A stretch of DNA of 63,940 nt, the filler included, from Welwitschia mirabilis (Eukaryota), in NCBI GenBank assembly GCA_051453625.1. It is 7 parts of one record of this genome, joined end to end, with 100 filler letters (N's around TTAATTAATTAA, not from the genome) between each part and the next. Parts side by side here need not be neighbours in the genome. Positions count along the whole stretch, not along the records: positions 49,695 to 52,613 come from JBOZIK010000001.1; positions 52,714 to 60,993 come from JBOZIK010000001.1; positions 61,094 to 62,634 come from JBOZIK010000001.1; positions 62,735 to 63,940 come from JBOZIK010000001.1; 3 more parts are not named here. The stretch is one strand, 5' to 3'. Shown here in pieces: positions 50,390-63,940 of the stretch. Positions within the stretch are counted from its first letter, which is position 1; each line of letters begins with the position of its first letter. A model generated the notes under the pieces. That model saw only the letters and a list, made by a program, of their open reading frames with translations. It made no database searches and had not been told where the DNA came from. Position numbers and translations under genes: made by a program.

Positions 50390-52800
50390 TAAGTCTATTT
50401 TATAATTTTCAGATTTATCTTTTGAAGAAAAAATTGGCTTGCAATTGTGTTTTTCCATCTAGTTTTTGTCTAGGAACTATGTTATACTATCAGTTTGTGG
50501 TTATTTGATTGAGTTTTATGAGCTATTTTATAGGACATTTATATAGGTTTAGGTGCAATTCTGAGGATTTTAAAGAACTAATATAAGATGTTTGAAATGT
50601 GAAATTAGTACTTAGGTTTAATGCATTTAAGACACATTTTGATACATAGAGCATTAGAAGAAGAATATTGATAGAAATGCTAGTTTATCCTTTTCAAAAT
50701 GATCAGAGAAAACCATCGTCCCATCATTTATGTCCATGATAGGTAGGATGATGACCTTGTTAGCTACTAATATGGATAGCTGAATCACTGTTGAGTCACC
50801 ATTCTGAGTTATCTTTTATATGAGCTATCATCCTCCATGTCATCCAGAGGATAATAAGGATGACACTGACATGTAATCAACTTTGACACCTAATCCTTGA
50901 GCGTTTTATTCATTTCTTATTTGTAAAAGAGTACATTTTTGGAGTGCCTTCTTTTATTATTTTCTATTATATCTTGTTATAAATAAGTCCACCTTTAACT
51001 CTCCTTTACATCTTTATTACATCAAAAGTTCTTGTGATAAGAGATCAAAGGATGGGAGAACCATCTTAAGTATTTATAATAAAACATTTCTTTGATGGAG
51101 AACTATACATCCTTTATTAAAGCCCAACTATTTTGTAACCGAGATGTTATTACTTCTTTAATATAAAACTCTATTTTTCTTTTATACATATTAGTTTCTC
51201 AGATGATCCTTATGGTTTATGTTGCCCTTGATCTGGTGACAATTTCTAGGGTAATATAGATCATCAAAGGTAGCCTTTATCAAGGTTAAAGGAAGTAGTT
51301 TAGTTTTATCTTGCATTTGAATTTAGATTAGTTTCACTTATGCATTTCCATTTCATCTTTAATTTTTTGCATTGTTCTTTATTTCTAGTTCTCATTTTCT
51401 TTGCAAAAAGCAATCGAAATTGCATATCATAGTCTTTAACAAGAATATGACATTTGGGTTAACTCCCACTCATACTAGTGTATTGTATTATGTGAGAAAT
51501 CTATCTTATTTTATGAATGATAGAATCTCTTTGAATGAAAACACTTGTAAAAATACCAATAACAACACTTACTATCCCTCTATCCTTTAAAATCAAGTAT
51601 TTACTACCAAACACATTAAAGTAACTAATAATAGGCTTTGTTCCACTTCATAATTCATAAGTAGTTCTACTTGTTTTTGATTGTAAGAAGACTTTTTTAT
51701 TTATGTAGCATGTAGTGTTTATCACTTTAACTCAAAAATGTTATGGTAGATCTTGCTTGTCTAGCATTATTCTTATCATCTTAATGAAAAATATACTCTT
51801 TAATTTAACAACTCTATTTTATTGAGTAGTTATAGGAGCTAATAGTTGATAGACTATTCCATTTGAGTTCTAATATATTTTAAATTTTTATTTACAAATT
51901 ATCCTTCTCTACCTATTTTAATCATTTTAATAGTACATTTTAAATTCTTTTACATACTTTAAGAAACATGTCAAGTGATCATCCTTAGTAAAAAAATTGA
52001 AATTTAACTATATCTCAAAAAATCATCCACCATCATAAGAAAATATTTTTTCTCTCTAATGCTTCTATTTTGTATTGATTCTACTAAATCCATGTGAATT
52101 TAGTCTAATAGAATAATAAAATATATATTCATTCTACTTNNNNNNNNNNNNNNNNNNNNNNNNNNNNNNNNNNNNNNNNNNNNNNNNNNNNNNNNNNNNN
52201 NNNNNNNNNNNNNNNNNNNNNNNNNNNNNNNNNNNNNNNTACATATTAGTTTCTCAGATGATCCTTATGGTTTATGTTGCCCTTGATCTGGTGACAATTT
52301 CTTGGGTGATATAGATCATCAAGGGTAGCTTTTGTTAAGGATGAAAGAAAGTAGTCTAGAAACATTTGGATTTGCATTTAGATTAAACTGCATTTTTATA
52401 TTGCATATTTATTTTCCTGCATTATTCTTTATTTTGGGATCCCATTTTCTTTGGAAAAAGAAATTCAAGTCTTATCTCATAGGCTTTAACAAGAATACAA
52501 CATTCAAGTTAACTCCCACTCATATAGTGTGTTGTATTGTGTGAGAAATCTATTTTATTTAATGAATGACAGAATCTCTTTGAATATAAACACTTCCATA
52601 AATATACACGACANNNNNNNNNNNNNNNNNNNNNNNNNNNNNNNNNNNNNNNNNNNNTTAATTAATTAANNNNNNNNNNNNNNNNNNNNNNNNNNNNNNN
52701 NNNNNNNNNNNNNATACTAGTGTGATGTATTGTGTAAGATATCTATTTTAGTTATAAATGATAGGATCTCTTTGAATGTAAAAACTTGCATAAATACACA
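50390..52800 (+). repeat. Athila-like LTR (~50390-51560) plus partial further copies (52240-52613, 52714-52800)
   Basis: ACATATTAGTTTCTCAGATGATCCTTATGGTTTATGTTGCCCTTGATCTGGTGACAATTTC occurs at ~51186 and ~52241. TAGTG..GTATT.TGT.AGA.ATCTAT....ATGA.AG.ATCTCTTTGAAT occurs three times. Same family as 31770-32125. Confidence 0.65.
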
Positions 52801-53611
52801 CCGCAACATAGGCGCAGGCACTAAGCAGGCAAGCAGGCAAAGGAGAAGACATGTAAGCATGTAGGCTTAGATAGATGAACACAAATCTAGTAGTAAGAAT
52901 GAAGAAATCATTACCCATGATAGATGCTAGAGGTACAAGTAAAAAAGGTAGAGAACAACACCTAGAGCATAGGTGGTAACTGCAGTAGTAGGCATGCTAT
53001 TACAGGAAGGAGTAAGTAACATAAACTAGCACAGTTAGCATAGTGGTGAAGTAGAGTTGATGCAAAGGTATAGTAAAAGAGTTGTGAGGAGTAGTTGCAC
53101 ATATCATTAGAGAGTAAAGCCCAAGCCATAGGCAATGCAAGTGAAGGAATCACAAAAAGCAATAAAGAAGGTAGTAAGAGCTAGGAAGAATTGCAAACAC
53201 AGAGTCTGATAACTACAGTCTAATGAGAAAAACTCTATAACAAGATTAGCAGCTTCATGAAAAAAGCTCAAAAGAAGGCCAAATAAGCTTCAAGGTTCCA
53301 AGAAGAAATGGAGGTCATAAGAAGCTCTAAGGATCTCAATAATGGTTACAAAGATTTAGTAACCCTGGTCTAGAAGCTATGATGCCATTTATTAGGAAAC
53401 GTGAATACCAAAAAATGGAGAGGTATAAGATTTTCAAATCAAAATTTTATTTTTTCTCTATCTTATTTAATAAAGAGCTTCCTTAAATAGGTAAGCACAT
53501 CACTATAGTTTTTACATATCTATAGGCATGGGATCCTAGTATATACTAGCCTTAGCATCATAATCATATCATTATGTTTAGAACCTAAAGATTACAAAAT
53601 GTAGGATATAA

Positions 53612-56600
53612 TACATCCCCATACTTAAAAAGAATTCACTCTTGGGAATCAAAGTACATAATGATTTGAGAGTCTAAGATTACATATTATGGGATTTAAA
53701 AAGGCTTGGGTATTAATTTTTTATTGATTTTTCTAGCTCCTAAGTACCTTCATTAGGACTATGATTAATCCATGTTATCTTTACTTTATGGATCTCCTTA
53801 TTCTACAAAGTGATAGTTCACTAATACAATATTACTTTTAGCCCCTCTATAGTTGAACAATTGAGTTCTACCTAAATATGAGACCAAATTTAACACATAA
53901 AAAGGATTTACAATACACTTTCTTAGCATATTTACATAAAAAAAATTATGCATGTACAAAAATTAGGAAGGTAGAGCAAGTTTGTATGCAACAGGTCTAA
54001 TACTTCTTAATATCTAAAATGGTCTAATATATTTGATGGCTAGTTTTAATTTCTTAACTTCTCACATAACTTATTTCATTGGTGACATCTTAAAAAAGAC
54101 ATGATCACCTACTTAGAATTTAAGATCTCTTCTTTGATGATTTGCATACATCTTTTGTCTATATTCTATTTTCTTTAATTATTATTAATGTCTCTCGTGT
54201 TATTTTTCTATTTCTTGTAATATTTTTTGTCCATCATTAATCTTTTCTTAGGTTCTATCCACATAGTGGATGCTCTATATTTCCTACCATATAGAGCTTT
54301 AAAATCCATTTAAATGAAACTTTGATAACTATTATTATATGCAAATTCCACTAATAATAAGTATTCTTCCCAACTCTTAGGCTCATCAAGAACACATGCT
54401 CTAAAAAGATCTTCTAGGATTTGATTGACTCTTTCTACCTATCCATTTATTTGAAGATGAAATGTTGTGCTCATATTTAGCTTGGTTCCTAAATATAATT
54501 ATAGTTCTTGTCAAAATTTAGATGTAATTTTTTTAATCTATATCATAAATAATTACTATGTATACATCATGCAAAAAAATAATATTTTGAGTGTATACTT
54601 TAGCTACATCTTTAGTACTATAAGTAAACTTTACTAAAATGAAGTGTGCTAACTTAGTTGCTCTATCAATTATAACCATGATCAATTTGTTACCTCTTAG
54701 GGTTCTTAGAAATCCAAATATAAAATCCATACCAATCACATCCCATTTATATTTTGGAATATTATAAGGATAGAGTAGTCCTATTAGATTGCTATGTTCT
54801 AGCTTGACTTGTTAACAAGTTGGGTACCTTGATACAAATTCTATTATATCCTTTTTCATCCCTAATCACCAAAATTTTTGTTTCATGTTTTGATACATTT
54901 TTACTTCTCCAAGATGACCTGATATTGGTGGATTATAAAATTTAAACATTAGCTGTTATTTGATATCATTTACATTAGGAATCAAGAATATTTTCTTGAA
55001 TTTACTTTTGCATTAATACTAAAGTCTCTTGAATCTATTAATTCTTATAACTAATCCTTTAATTTTTTATCATTTTCATCTTTTTTTTGTCCCTCTACAA
55101 TAATAGTAGGTATTTAACTTTGAGTTTTTATAATTATTTTAAAATAGTCATGTTTGCTAAGAGCATCTATAACTTTATTTCCTTTGCCTTTATGGTATAA
55201 AATTATAAAATCAAAATCACATAGAAATTTCATCCATTTTCTTTACCTAAGGTTTAAGTTCAGTTAGGTAAAAATGTATTTTAAACTCTTATGATTGATC
55301 CAAACTTGAAATTTGGCATCATAAGGATAATAATTTCATAACTTTAAAATAAATATTATTATATGTAATTCAAAAGCATGGATAGGGCAGTTCTCTCATG
55401 TGTCTTAAGTTTTTTTATTCATAGGATATTACTCTTTTATCTAAGAATAGCTCTAAGATCTTCTCCTAATGCATCAGTGTAAATTAAAAAGAACTTAAAA
55501 TCATTTGAAATTGCTAAAACTAGACCATTAGTTAAATATTCTTTAATGCGAACAAAGGACTTGACATTTTCTATCCATTGAAAGTTTATATTTTTTCCAG
55601 TTAAAGATGAATTGATGATAGTACCTAGTAAGACAAAGTAAGATTCTAACTTTAATAATAGTTAAATGTGCTAGCCATTCTATAATTTTCTTAACTTTAT
55701 TTAAATTAACTAAAATACTTTCCTAAATACTACATGACCCAAGAACTAAATGGATTTATTCTAGACATAATATTTTTTCATGCTAGCATATAGTTGGTGA
55801 TTTCTTAAAGTGTCTAAGACTATTCTCAAGTGTTTCTTATGTTCCTCATAAGACTTAAAATAAATAAGAATGTCATTAATAAATACAATTACAAAGGAAT
55901 AAAGACATTCTTAAAGATGTAACTCTTAAGGCTCATGAATATTATAGGGGCATTGGTTAAATCCAAAGATATGATCATGAACTTATAATACCCATAGCGA
56001 GTTCTAAAAGCTATTTTATGAATACCTTCTTCTTTAATTTGAACTTGATGATATCCAAATTTTAAATCAACTTTGGAAAATACCTTATCTTTTTTGCGTT
56101 GGTTAAAGAGGTTATCTATTCTCACTAATGGATATTTGTTCTTAATTATAACTTTATTTAACTATTGTAATCAATGCATATCTAATTGTTTCATCTTTTT
56201 CCTTTATAAACAACATTGGTACACCTCATGGTGATATATTAGGATGAATAAAATCTTTCTGTAGAAGTTCTTTAAGATGAATTTTTAATTATTTCATTCT
56301 ATAAGAGAGATTCTATATAATGTTTTGGAAATATATTAAGTTCCTAGAATCAAATTAACAGTAAACTTAAGTTCTTAAATAGGTTATATTTCTGGTAATT
56401 CTTTTGTAAATACATTAAAATAATCTTTAATTATTGGTATATTCCACATTAAAGTTACTTCTTTCTTTATGTTAGCTAATTTTAGACAAAGGATCTAAAT
56501 CAATGATCCCTTTTAAAATTCCCTCTTCATATGCTTAACTTTAATTAAGTTATTCATAGCTAACTTAGATTAATCTTAAAATGTTATTCTTTATTCATGA

Positions 56601-58130
56601 TTTATCATTTTTACTTGATACTTCTCACAATTTATAACTGCCTTATTCTATATCAACTAATACATGCTCGAAATAACATCATATTTTCCTAGATTAATAA
56701 TAATTGGTTGAATTTGGAAATATTTTCCACTTATAAATAACATATAATTTTGAACCTATTGATTAACCTTAGCTATGGACCTCTTTGTAAGCTCTATAAA
56801 TCCCTCAATTGAATTACAATATAATTTCTCTTAGAATATCTTTAGGGGCTATATGGTAATGAGTTGCTTAATAATTAAATAAAATAATTACTTTTGTATT
56901 ATTAAGTCAAGATTTATCTTTTATGAATAAGCTTTGAAATTGTACCACTTATTTATCTATTGCTATTTAAATTCATCTAATTGGTTATTGAATGGTATGT
57001 AATCCTTGAGGGTTTTTTTTATTGTTATCTAAGATAGCTCTTAGTAAGTAATGGATAACATTTAACCTTATGGTTTTCTTTATAATTAAAGCATTGAAAT
57101 CCATTGTTAAACTGACCTTGATAATGAATTTGGCTAGGATTCTACTTAAAATTAGATCTTTATGGTTGATTTTTTATAAGATTCTAACTTGGAAAATTCC
57201 AACTTCTCTTGAATGGTGCATGCTTATTTTCATTGAAATTCCTATTTCTATTGTTCTTACTAAAAACAGTACTCCTATTGAAATTCTAATTCTTATTGTG
57301 ATGAGATACATGGAGTTGATTTCCCTTAAAGCTAGAACCCTTAAAAGGAATTCATTTTTTATTTTCTTATTGTCTTTGCTAACTTTATTTTACTATTTTT
57401 TCTTCCTTTATAACCTTAGCTAAAGTTCTAGGTTAAAACATATATACTTTAGTAGGAATAAAAGAAAGTAAACTATCAATAGAGAGATTTGCTTTGGCTT
57501 CTTTATCAAAATTCATATATGATACATATCTTAATAATTCTGCAAATTTACATTCATGAGAAGCTATGGTCACATTATGAGCTTGTTTGGTATCTTAGAA
57601 TTCATTAACCTTTTGGCGAATGAAGATCTTAGTAATATACTTTTCTTAAATATGTGCTCAAACTCTCTCCATGAAAAGTTCCACGTCATTCAACTTTCTC
57701 ATCTCCATTTCTTACCATAAGTTAGGTTATCCTTATAACATATAGGTAACTAAAGAAGCCTTTTCATATTCATCACATCTTAAGGTTCTTATAACATTTT
57801 CAACATCACTTAGTTATGCTTATGCTTTTGATGGATCTGAACCTCCTATAAACTTTGGTATATTTAACTTAATAAATATTTAAATTAAATTCCTCATACC
57901 TACATCCTTATTAGGTTGATTGGTACCATTTTTTATTTATGAGTTTTGACCTTGATTTACTGTTTGTAATAGAAACTGCATGAATTCACTCAGTAATACT
58001 TTTAGATTAATGGTAATGAGAGGTTGATTTTTACAATTATGTTGCCGATTAGTCTTTAAGTTATCTTGATGTTAATTAGTTGGTGCAATTGAATTGGCCT
58101 TAAGACTTGGTTAACAATGATAATCCATCT
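53612..58130 (-). mobile_element. Degenerate chromovirus (Tekay/Del-like) Ty3/gypsy internal region
   Basis: RT RIDNLFNQ..FSKVDLKFGYHQVQIKEEGIHKIAFRTRYGYYKF. Integrase IGMDFIFG..IMVIIDRATKLAHFI and TTFHLQING*VERVNQILEDL. Chromodomain-like tail at ~53700-53830. PPT-like TATGGGGATG at ~53614-53623. Domain order is RT-RH-IN. Confidence 0.9.
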
Positions 58131-58479
58131 AGAAGGAGTGGAAAATATTATTATATTTAATTGACAATAGGATAAACATTGTATTAAAAGTTAAATTTCA
58201 TATGTTCTTAATAAATATTATGTTATAAGCATTAAGTAATTAATTTTTACTAAATGATTAAGTTAATTCATCTCCCTTGCTCACAAAGGGATTCATTCTA
58301 TTAGACTCATAAGTTAGGGGTTATAATTAAAAAAACATAAGGGAAATATAATTGATTATGTAACTAATATAAATTATTCAAAGTTTAGTTTTTTTTTAAA
58401 TGGTATATATACTTATGATGTACTTATTTATGTTTTTTTAAATGATCAATTTTTATAAACTATCATATGATATTACAGA

Positions 58480-59110
58480 TATCATGAATAAAGATCATTA
58501 TCCATATTTATAAGGTAATAAATTTTTTAAAGATATGATTAAGACTTAATTATCTACTTAAGATTTCTTAGGAGTTAGAGTTACCATTGATATAATTAAA
58601 TTAATGATTATTTAGACATTAGGATTGTCATATGTGTAATCAACTTTATGATTAACTAATTATTATCATTTTCATAGATATAATTATTTAGTAGCTAAGA
58701 TTATCATAAGTATAATTAGCTATATGGTTGTTAGGATTAGCATAGATGTAATTTGCTTAATCATTTATGGTTTAAGACCATCATGGATATAACTAAATTT
58801 ATGATTATTTAAGGATTAAGGTTATTAAAAATATTATTCATGTTTAGTTAGGAAATCAAGATTACTTAAATATAACTAACTTTAAGATGATTCACACAAT
58901 AAGATTATAATGGATATAATTAACTTCATAATTATTGGATAATTAATGTAATTATAAATAAAATTATTTCTATAATTATTTATGACTTAGAATGCTTATG
59001 AGATAATTAATTTCATAGTTACTTTAGGGATAAGGATTATTATGAATATAATTAATTTTTCTAGTTAATTAATAATTAAGTTTATAATGGATATAATTAA
59101 ATTTATTTTC
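58480..59110. repeat. Degenerate AT-rich tandem array (period roughly 50 bp), probably in the chromovirus leader
   Basis: Recurrent GATATAATTAA(A/C)TT..ATGATTATT...ATTAAG(A/G)TT motif at ~58590, 58785, 58912, 59002, 59045 and 59090. Confidence 0.55.
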
Positions 59111-59139
59111 AAGTAATTAACATAGACATGATTTAAGTT

Positions 59140-60687
59140 AACTATTGAAAAATCTAGTTTTCATAATTTTACTTATCAAATATTTTTTGTCATTGTGTAG
59201 ATAGGTCATTATAAGAACATTAGATCTTAATAAACACTAGATCATGATGAATCTTTAGAGACAACATCTCACAAAGAGGATCATATGGTAAAACTGCAAG
59301 ATCAATTACTTGAAGATGCTTGAAATATTAAAGATGTCTAAGAAATTAAAGACAGCTTAGATGCACTAAAATCAAGTCATAAGCTAAGATGACTAAGTTG
59401 AAAATTGAACCTAATACAGATGAAGACGTCTACATATTTGATGATGTTTATATAAGCTAAAATAAGTAATAGATTTAATTTTATTTTTGACTAATATCTT
59501 GGATTTTAGAAGAGCTATGAACTTGTACATTATGGATTCATAATTATAGAGGCCTAATGATATTATAAAGAAAAATTAATTAAAATCTAGGCAAGTTAAC
59601 TAAAGAGGTACACAAGTAAAAAGATGTTTGACTAGTAGTAGACATATAGAAAAGTGAAGATGTCTCAGAGTAAAGCTTACATCAATTAAATCTAAAGTTA
59701 GCATCTGACATGTGACATTTCCTATTCATTGTGTAGTAGTTACAATGGAAAACAGCTATCTTTTAAGCTCAAATGGCTAGATCTTCCTTGACCGTATAAA
59801 GCCTTAATATTACAAAACAAAGAAGGACTTTTTTAGAATAACAACAAATACTCAGCTTTAAATCTTGATACAGAATAATCAAATCAAGAATAATGAATGC
59901 ATGAGTGAAAGTAACTTCTCATGAAGAATCAAATTATCATTAACAAAAAGCTTGTATGCTTTTATCTTTTGATCTTAAAGCTACATTGTTATTATCTTCA
60001 TTCATACTTATGATGACCAACAACATCTTAAAGAGCTTAAATCTATAGTATTTTTAGGCTTGTTGTTGTTTTATTTTTATGGTTTATATTATGGACTATC
60101 ATATTATTAAATTTTATTATAAGTTCATTCTTAAATATCAAACACCTTGTAAGGCAATTCTTATATGGATGTGTATTTGAAATTATGCTTTTAGGTACTT
60201 AATTGATGTAGGGTTACTAGTGAACTAGAAAACCATTATTTCCTTACAAGGGAGAGAGTGTTACTTTGTGAGGAGATTCTCACGATTGTAAAGGTTCTTT
60301 GTTTGCTTGTGAACATCACTATCCCCTTGAGGATAAGAGAGTGTTGTCTTGATAGGAAACTCTTATTTGTTTTAAGATTGGTGTTGCATTAGAAAACCAC
60401 TATTTTCTTATAGATCAAAAATATCTAGAGGTGTTTTCTTATTATGCATTTTCATTTAGTAATTTAACTTAAAATTTTATTTTATCAAAATCATTCACCA
60501 TCCCCTCTGAGTTTAATGATTTTTAAGTGATATCAGAGTGGGTTCTTATAAAAAGAAATAACTTCCTTGAGTGAACAATGGAATGGATGCCATCTGTTAG
60601 ACCTTTATTCTTTGATGGATTAAACTATGTTCATTAGATAATGAGGATGTGATTATACTTCTAGTATTTTGAGTTCTAGATATGTCT
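59140..60687 (+). mobile_element. LTR, PBS and first gag codons of another SIRE-like copia element
   Basis: ATTCACCATCCCCTCT near the LTR end (as in the other SIRE LTRs), PBS TGATATCAGAGT at 60528-60539, gag start VRPLFFDGLNYVH*IMRM. Left boundary uncertain. Confidence 0.7.
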
Positions 60688-60993
60688 ATTATGACGTCAA
60701 TTTGTAGGAATTTGATGGTGTATTTTAAGTGCTTTCACAGGACATTTACACAAGTTTGGATGCAATACTGATGATTATAGAGATCTAATAGAATGATTAA
60801 TAAAACATGTGATTCTTAGCATATTTGGGTGATTTCTCGGCCTTATTCTGACACTACATATTTGAAAGAAGACTTCATGATGCAAAATACTAATTTACCT
60901 TTGAGATTGAAGATAAGAAAAACTATCATCCCAATAATAGGCAGGACGATGACATTGTTAACATGGACAAAAGCTGTGAGGCTAATAGCAAGA
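60688..60993 (+). repeat. Start of an LTR related to the 384-2365 LTR, interrupting the SIRE-like gag
   Basis: TATTATGACGTCAATTTGTAGGAATTTGATGGTGTATTTTAAGTG resembles the reverse complement of ~2310-2365; gag similarity ends here. Confidence 0.4.
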
Positions 60994-63940
60994 NNNNNNN
61001 NNNNNNNNNNNNNNNNNNNNNNNNNNNNNNNNNNNNNTTAATTAATTAANNNNNNNNNNNNNNNNNNNNNNNNNNNNNNNNNNNNNNNNNNNNCTTATTC
61101 TTGGCCAAAATTTTCCTACTGTCAGCCAAAATTTTCTTGGAAAATTTTGGTCAAGAATAAGCATTGACATTTGGTCAATGGTCAACATTTAGGCAAATAT
61201 ATTTTTCTTAATGCTTGTAGCCTCATCCGAAAGGTGAAAAAGTTTGATAAATCTCGGCCAACCTATGAATATATATATGTATTATATATCTAAGCTAGTA
61301 GCATCCTTACCACTATATTAGTAAAGAATGATTAGAGAGAAATGTGTTACACAAATTAACGACTTAAAATTAACTGAACCGCCAATCATTGGTATAACCC
61401 TAACTGCTATTCTTGTTGTGCTAACCAAAACCTCATTGAAAAGAAAGTTGGTATGCACATTTTAATTATCCACGTATCTTGTAAGCATTCATTNNNNNNN
61501 NNNNNNNNNNNNNNAACACTTGGGTCTCACTTCCATAACTCCAATGAGTGTTGATGAGTTAGTCACTACAGATCGATAATGTCATGTGTTGATTTTCATC
61601 AGGGGAGTTACGTTGAAAGAGTGTTAACAATATTACATGCATGTCGCCTCTTCTCTCAAGTGAATTCTCAAAACTTCACCTAGTAGTGAGTTCTTAATCT
61701 GAAACATCAACAATTCTGGCTTCTTCCGTGACTGTTTTCTTGAGCGTTTCCCCTATGTGTTTCTTTATCTACTTCCTACTATGCATTTTTCTTCCACCGC
61801 TCGCATTTCACTCTTGTTATGCGATCCTTTACTTCTCAGGTGCTTTTCCTGTGTGCATCTCCATCCTCCTTCATTGGCACATCATCCTCCTACAGCGCAC
61901 CTCCTCCTATGTAGTGCGCTTTCAACTCCAGCGCACCTCCTTTCTACTGTGTGCATTTCCTCCTACTACGTAGGATTATCCTATTCGCTTGAGAAGGCAT
62001 CTCCTCTCCACCACAGGCAGCAGCACAGAAATGTCATGTAACGATGATGGCAATGGAGAGAGAGTAATGGGCATGAATAGAAGGAATTGTAGCACTGCAA
62101 AAAGGGGCAAGAAAGTAAAACGTTCCTTGTATCTAATTATTTGCAATATAATTTACTTGGAAATAAATTTAAGATGTGAACACACGGACAAAATTACCAT
62201 TTTAGATGAATCACTTGCTGAAGAAACTGCAGAGTATAGGAGGCAATGGTTACAATGCAACCAAGTAGTCAATCCCATTAATGTTGTTGGCTTAGTTTAT
62301 GGAGGAGACATTATCAATCTTAAGTCCATTATTAAAATGTTGCAATGCCATAGGAAAAGCTTGTTTCTTTAAATTGTACATCAAACTGTATCTCTTCCAT
62401 TTCCCCTTAACATAGTCCTCTCTTTTTCATTTTAATGCAACTCAAAACATAAAAGAGAAATATTTGAGAAAGAATAAATACTAGTCTACAAGCGTGACTT
62501 TCTTGATAGCAATGCTTATGCATGTTCATCCGCTACGCATCTTTGCGAGGTACAACAAGTTTTTCTCTCTCCCTATAATGCAACTATGCAACTCCATTTA
62601 TGTATTATTTCTTCTCTGCCCTGCATTGATATGGNNNNNNNNNNNNNNNNNNNNNNNNNNNNNNNNNNNNNNNNNNNNTTAATTAATTAANNNNNNNNNN
62701 NNNNNNNNNNNNNNNNNNNNNNNNNNNNNNNNNNCAAATCTCAAAATTGTCATATGGCATAATGAGATAAATTCTTCAATTCCAATGAATAAAATAATGA
62801 GTATGCTATGAATCAAGTACCCTGCATGTACTTATTCACATGTTCATTTATTTCATAATGCATAAAATCTATCAATCACATATCATAAGGAATAAAACAT
62901 TTATTCATAATATAGTACACCTATCACATTTACCAAGAATTTAAATGAGTAAATAAGATGCAAAATACATTACCATGTTCTCTTCAAAATTTTAATTTAT
63001 TAATTTTATCATGTGATTTTAATTCCTTACATAATATATTATCTACTTTTAAATGTTAAGATAGATTTTCTCATAAAAACCTCCTAACATAATTTTTATC
63101 ATTTTCATGATAAATTATGAAAATTAGAAACTAAGGTTAATTTAAAATGCCATATCATTTTGACAAGTCCTTTGAACAAGGATATCTAATTATTTGATTA
63201 AAAGCTTAATATACTTAATATTCAAGTAAGTAAGGTTTACAAAATATGGGATATAATAGTATAATTTTTCAAATCATGTTAGAAGAACATTTTCTTTAGT
63301 GATGCATTTGATCTACCTCTTCATTACCTTTTTTAATGAAACTGCATTAATCTTATTATATTATATTAGACCTAACATGATAACGATGCTCATAAATTTC
63401 TTTTATCTTAAGCTAAACTATCTTATTCATCATGTTATTTTTTCAAATAGATTACAAGCATAAAAGATCCATCTAAAAGTTAATTACTTCTATAATTTTT
63501 GATGTAGTTGGTATATGATCCTTTAGTTTCTTATAGGATTCTATCTCTCGATACAAACTTTAATGCTAGCATCCATCATTAATTAGTTCTTTTTATTTTG
63601 AATGTTGATTATTTCCATGTCTTAGTTTCTAAGAGTTTTGAGGCTTTCATTCCTAGTTCTTTCTTTCAAAACTATAGATGTTACTTATGTTGTCTATAAA
63701 CTTGAATTTGTTAATCTTAATACAAAAAGTATTGCAAATATTGATATGACATTAAGGGCACAATTGTTAAATTTAATTACTATAGCTATTACCTTCAAAT
63801 TATCTGTTATTAAAAGACTTGTGTTATAAAATCTAAAAAGTTCTTACTTTTGTATATGTTTTTTTTTTTTTTTTTTTTTTTTGGTATATATTATTACTTT
63901 TGTATAATTTAGTTTATGTTCTTTAAAATTATGGATTAGT

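Noticed and set aside
62735-63940. AT-rich terminal segment as a possible transposase remnant (LDGSF-like motif on minus near 63460-63480)
   Set aside because: A single short motif with nothing corroborating it; left unannotated.

Overview
This is AT-rich, gap-ridden land-plant nuclear DNA made almost entirely of old, nested, heavily C->T/G->A-eroded LTR retrotransposons: Ty1/copia (including Sirevirus-like and Tnt1/Tork-like) and Ty3/gypsy (Athila-like and chromovirus-like). I see no intact host gene, RNA gene or CRISPR array. The standout is a nominally 11.3-kb Mutator-like (Pack-MULE-type) element at 13246-24523. It has ~105-bp terminal inverted repeats and a perfect 9-bp target-site duplication (CCTTTCTTC). 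It sits inside the 3' LTR of a copia element whose 5' LTR keeps the matching empty site. It carries two convergent decayed host genes: a PLS-class DYW PPR (RNA-editing factor) on + and an intron-containing EAF1-like (HSA+SANT) gene on -. Six N44-TTAATTAATTAA-N44 blocks are assembly linkers. All protein calls come from manual translation and motif recognition, not database searches. Most boundaries are approximate unless fixed by a TSD, PBS or PPT.
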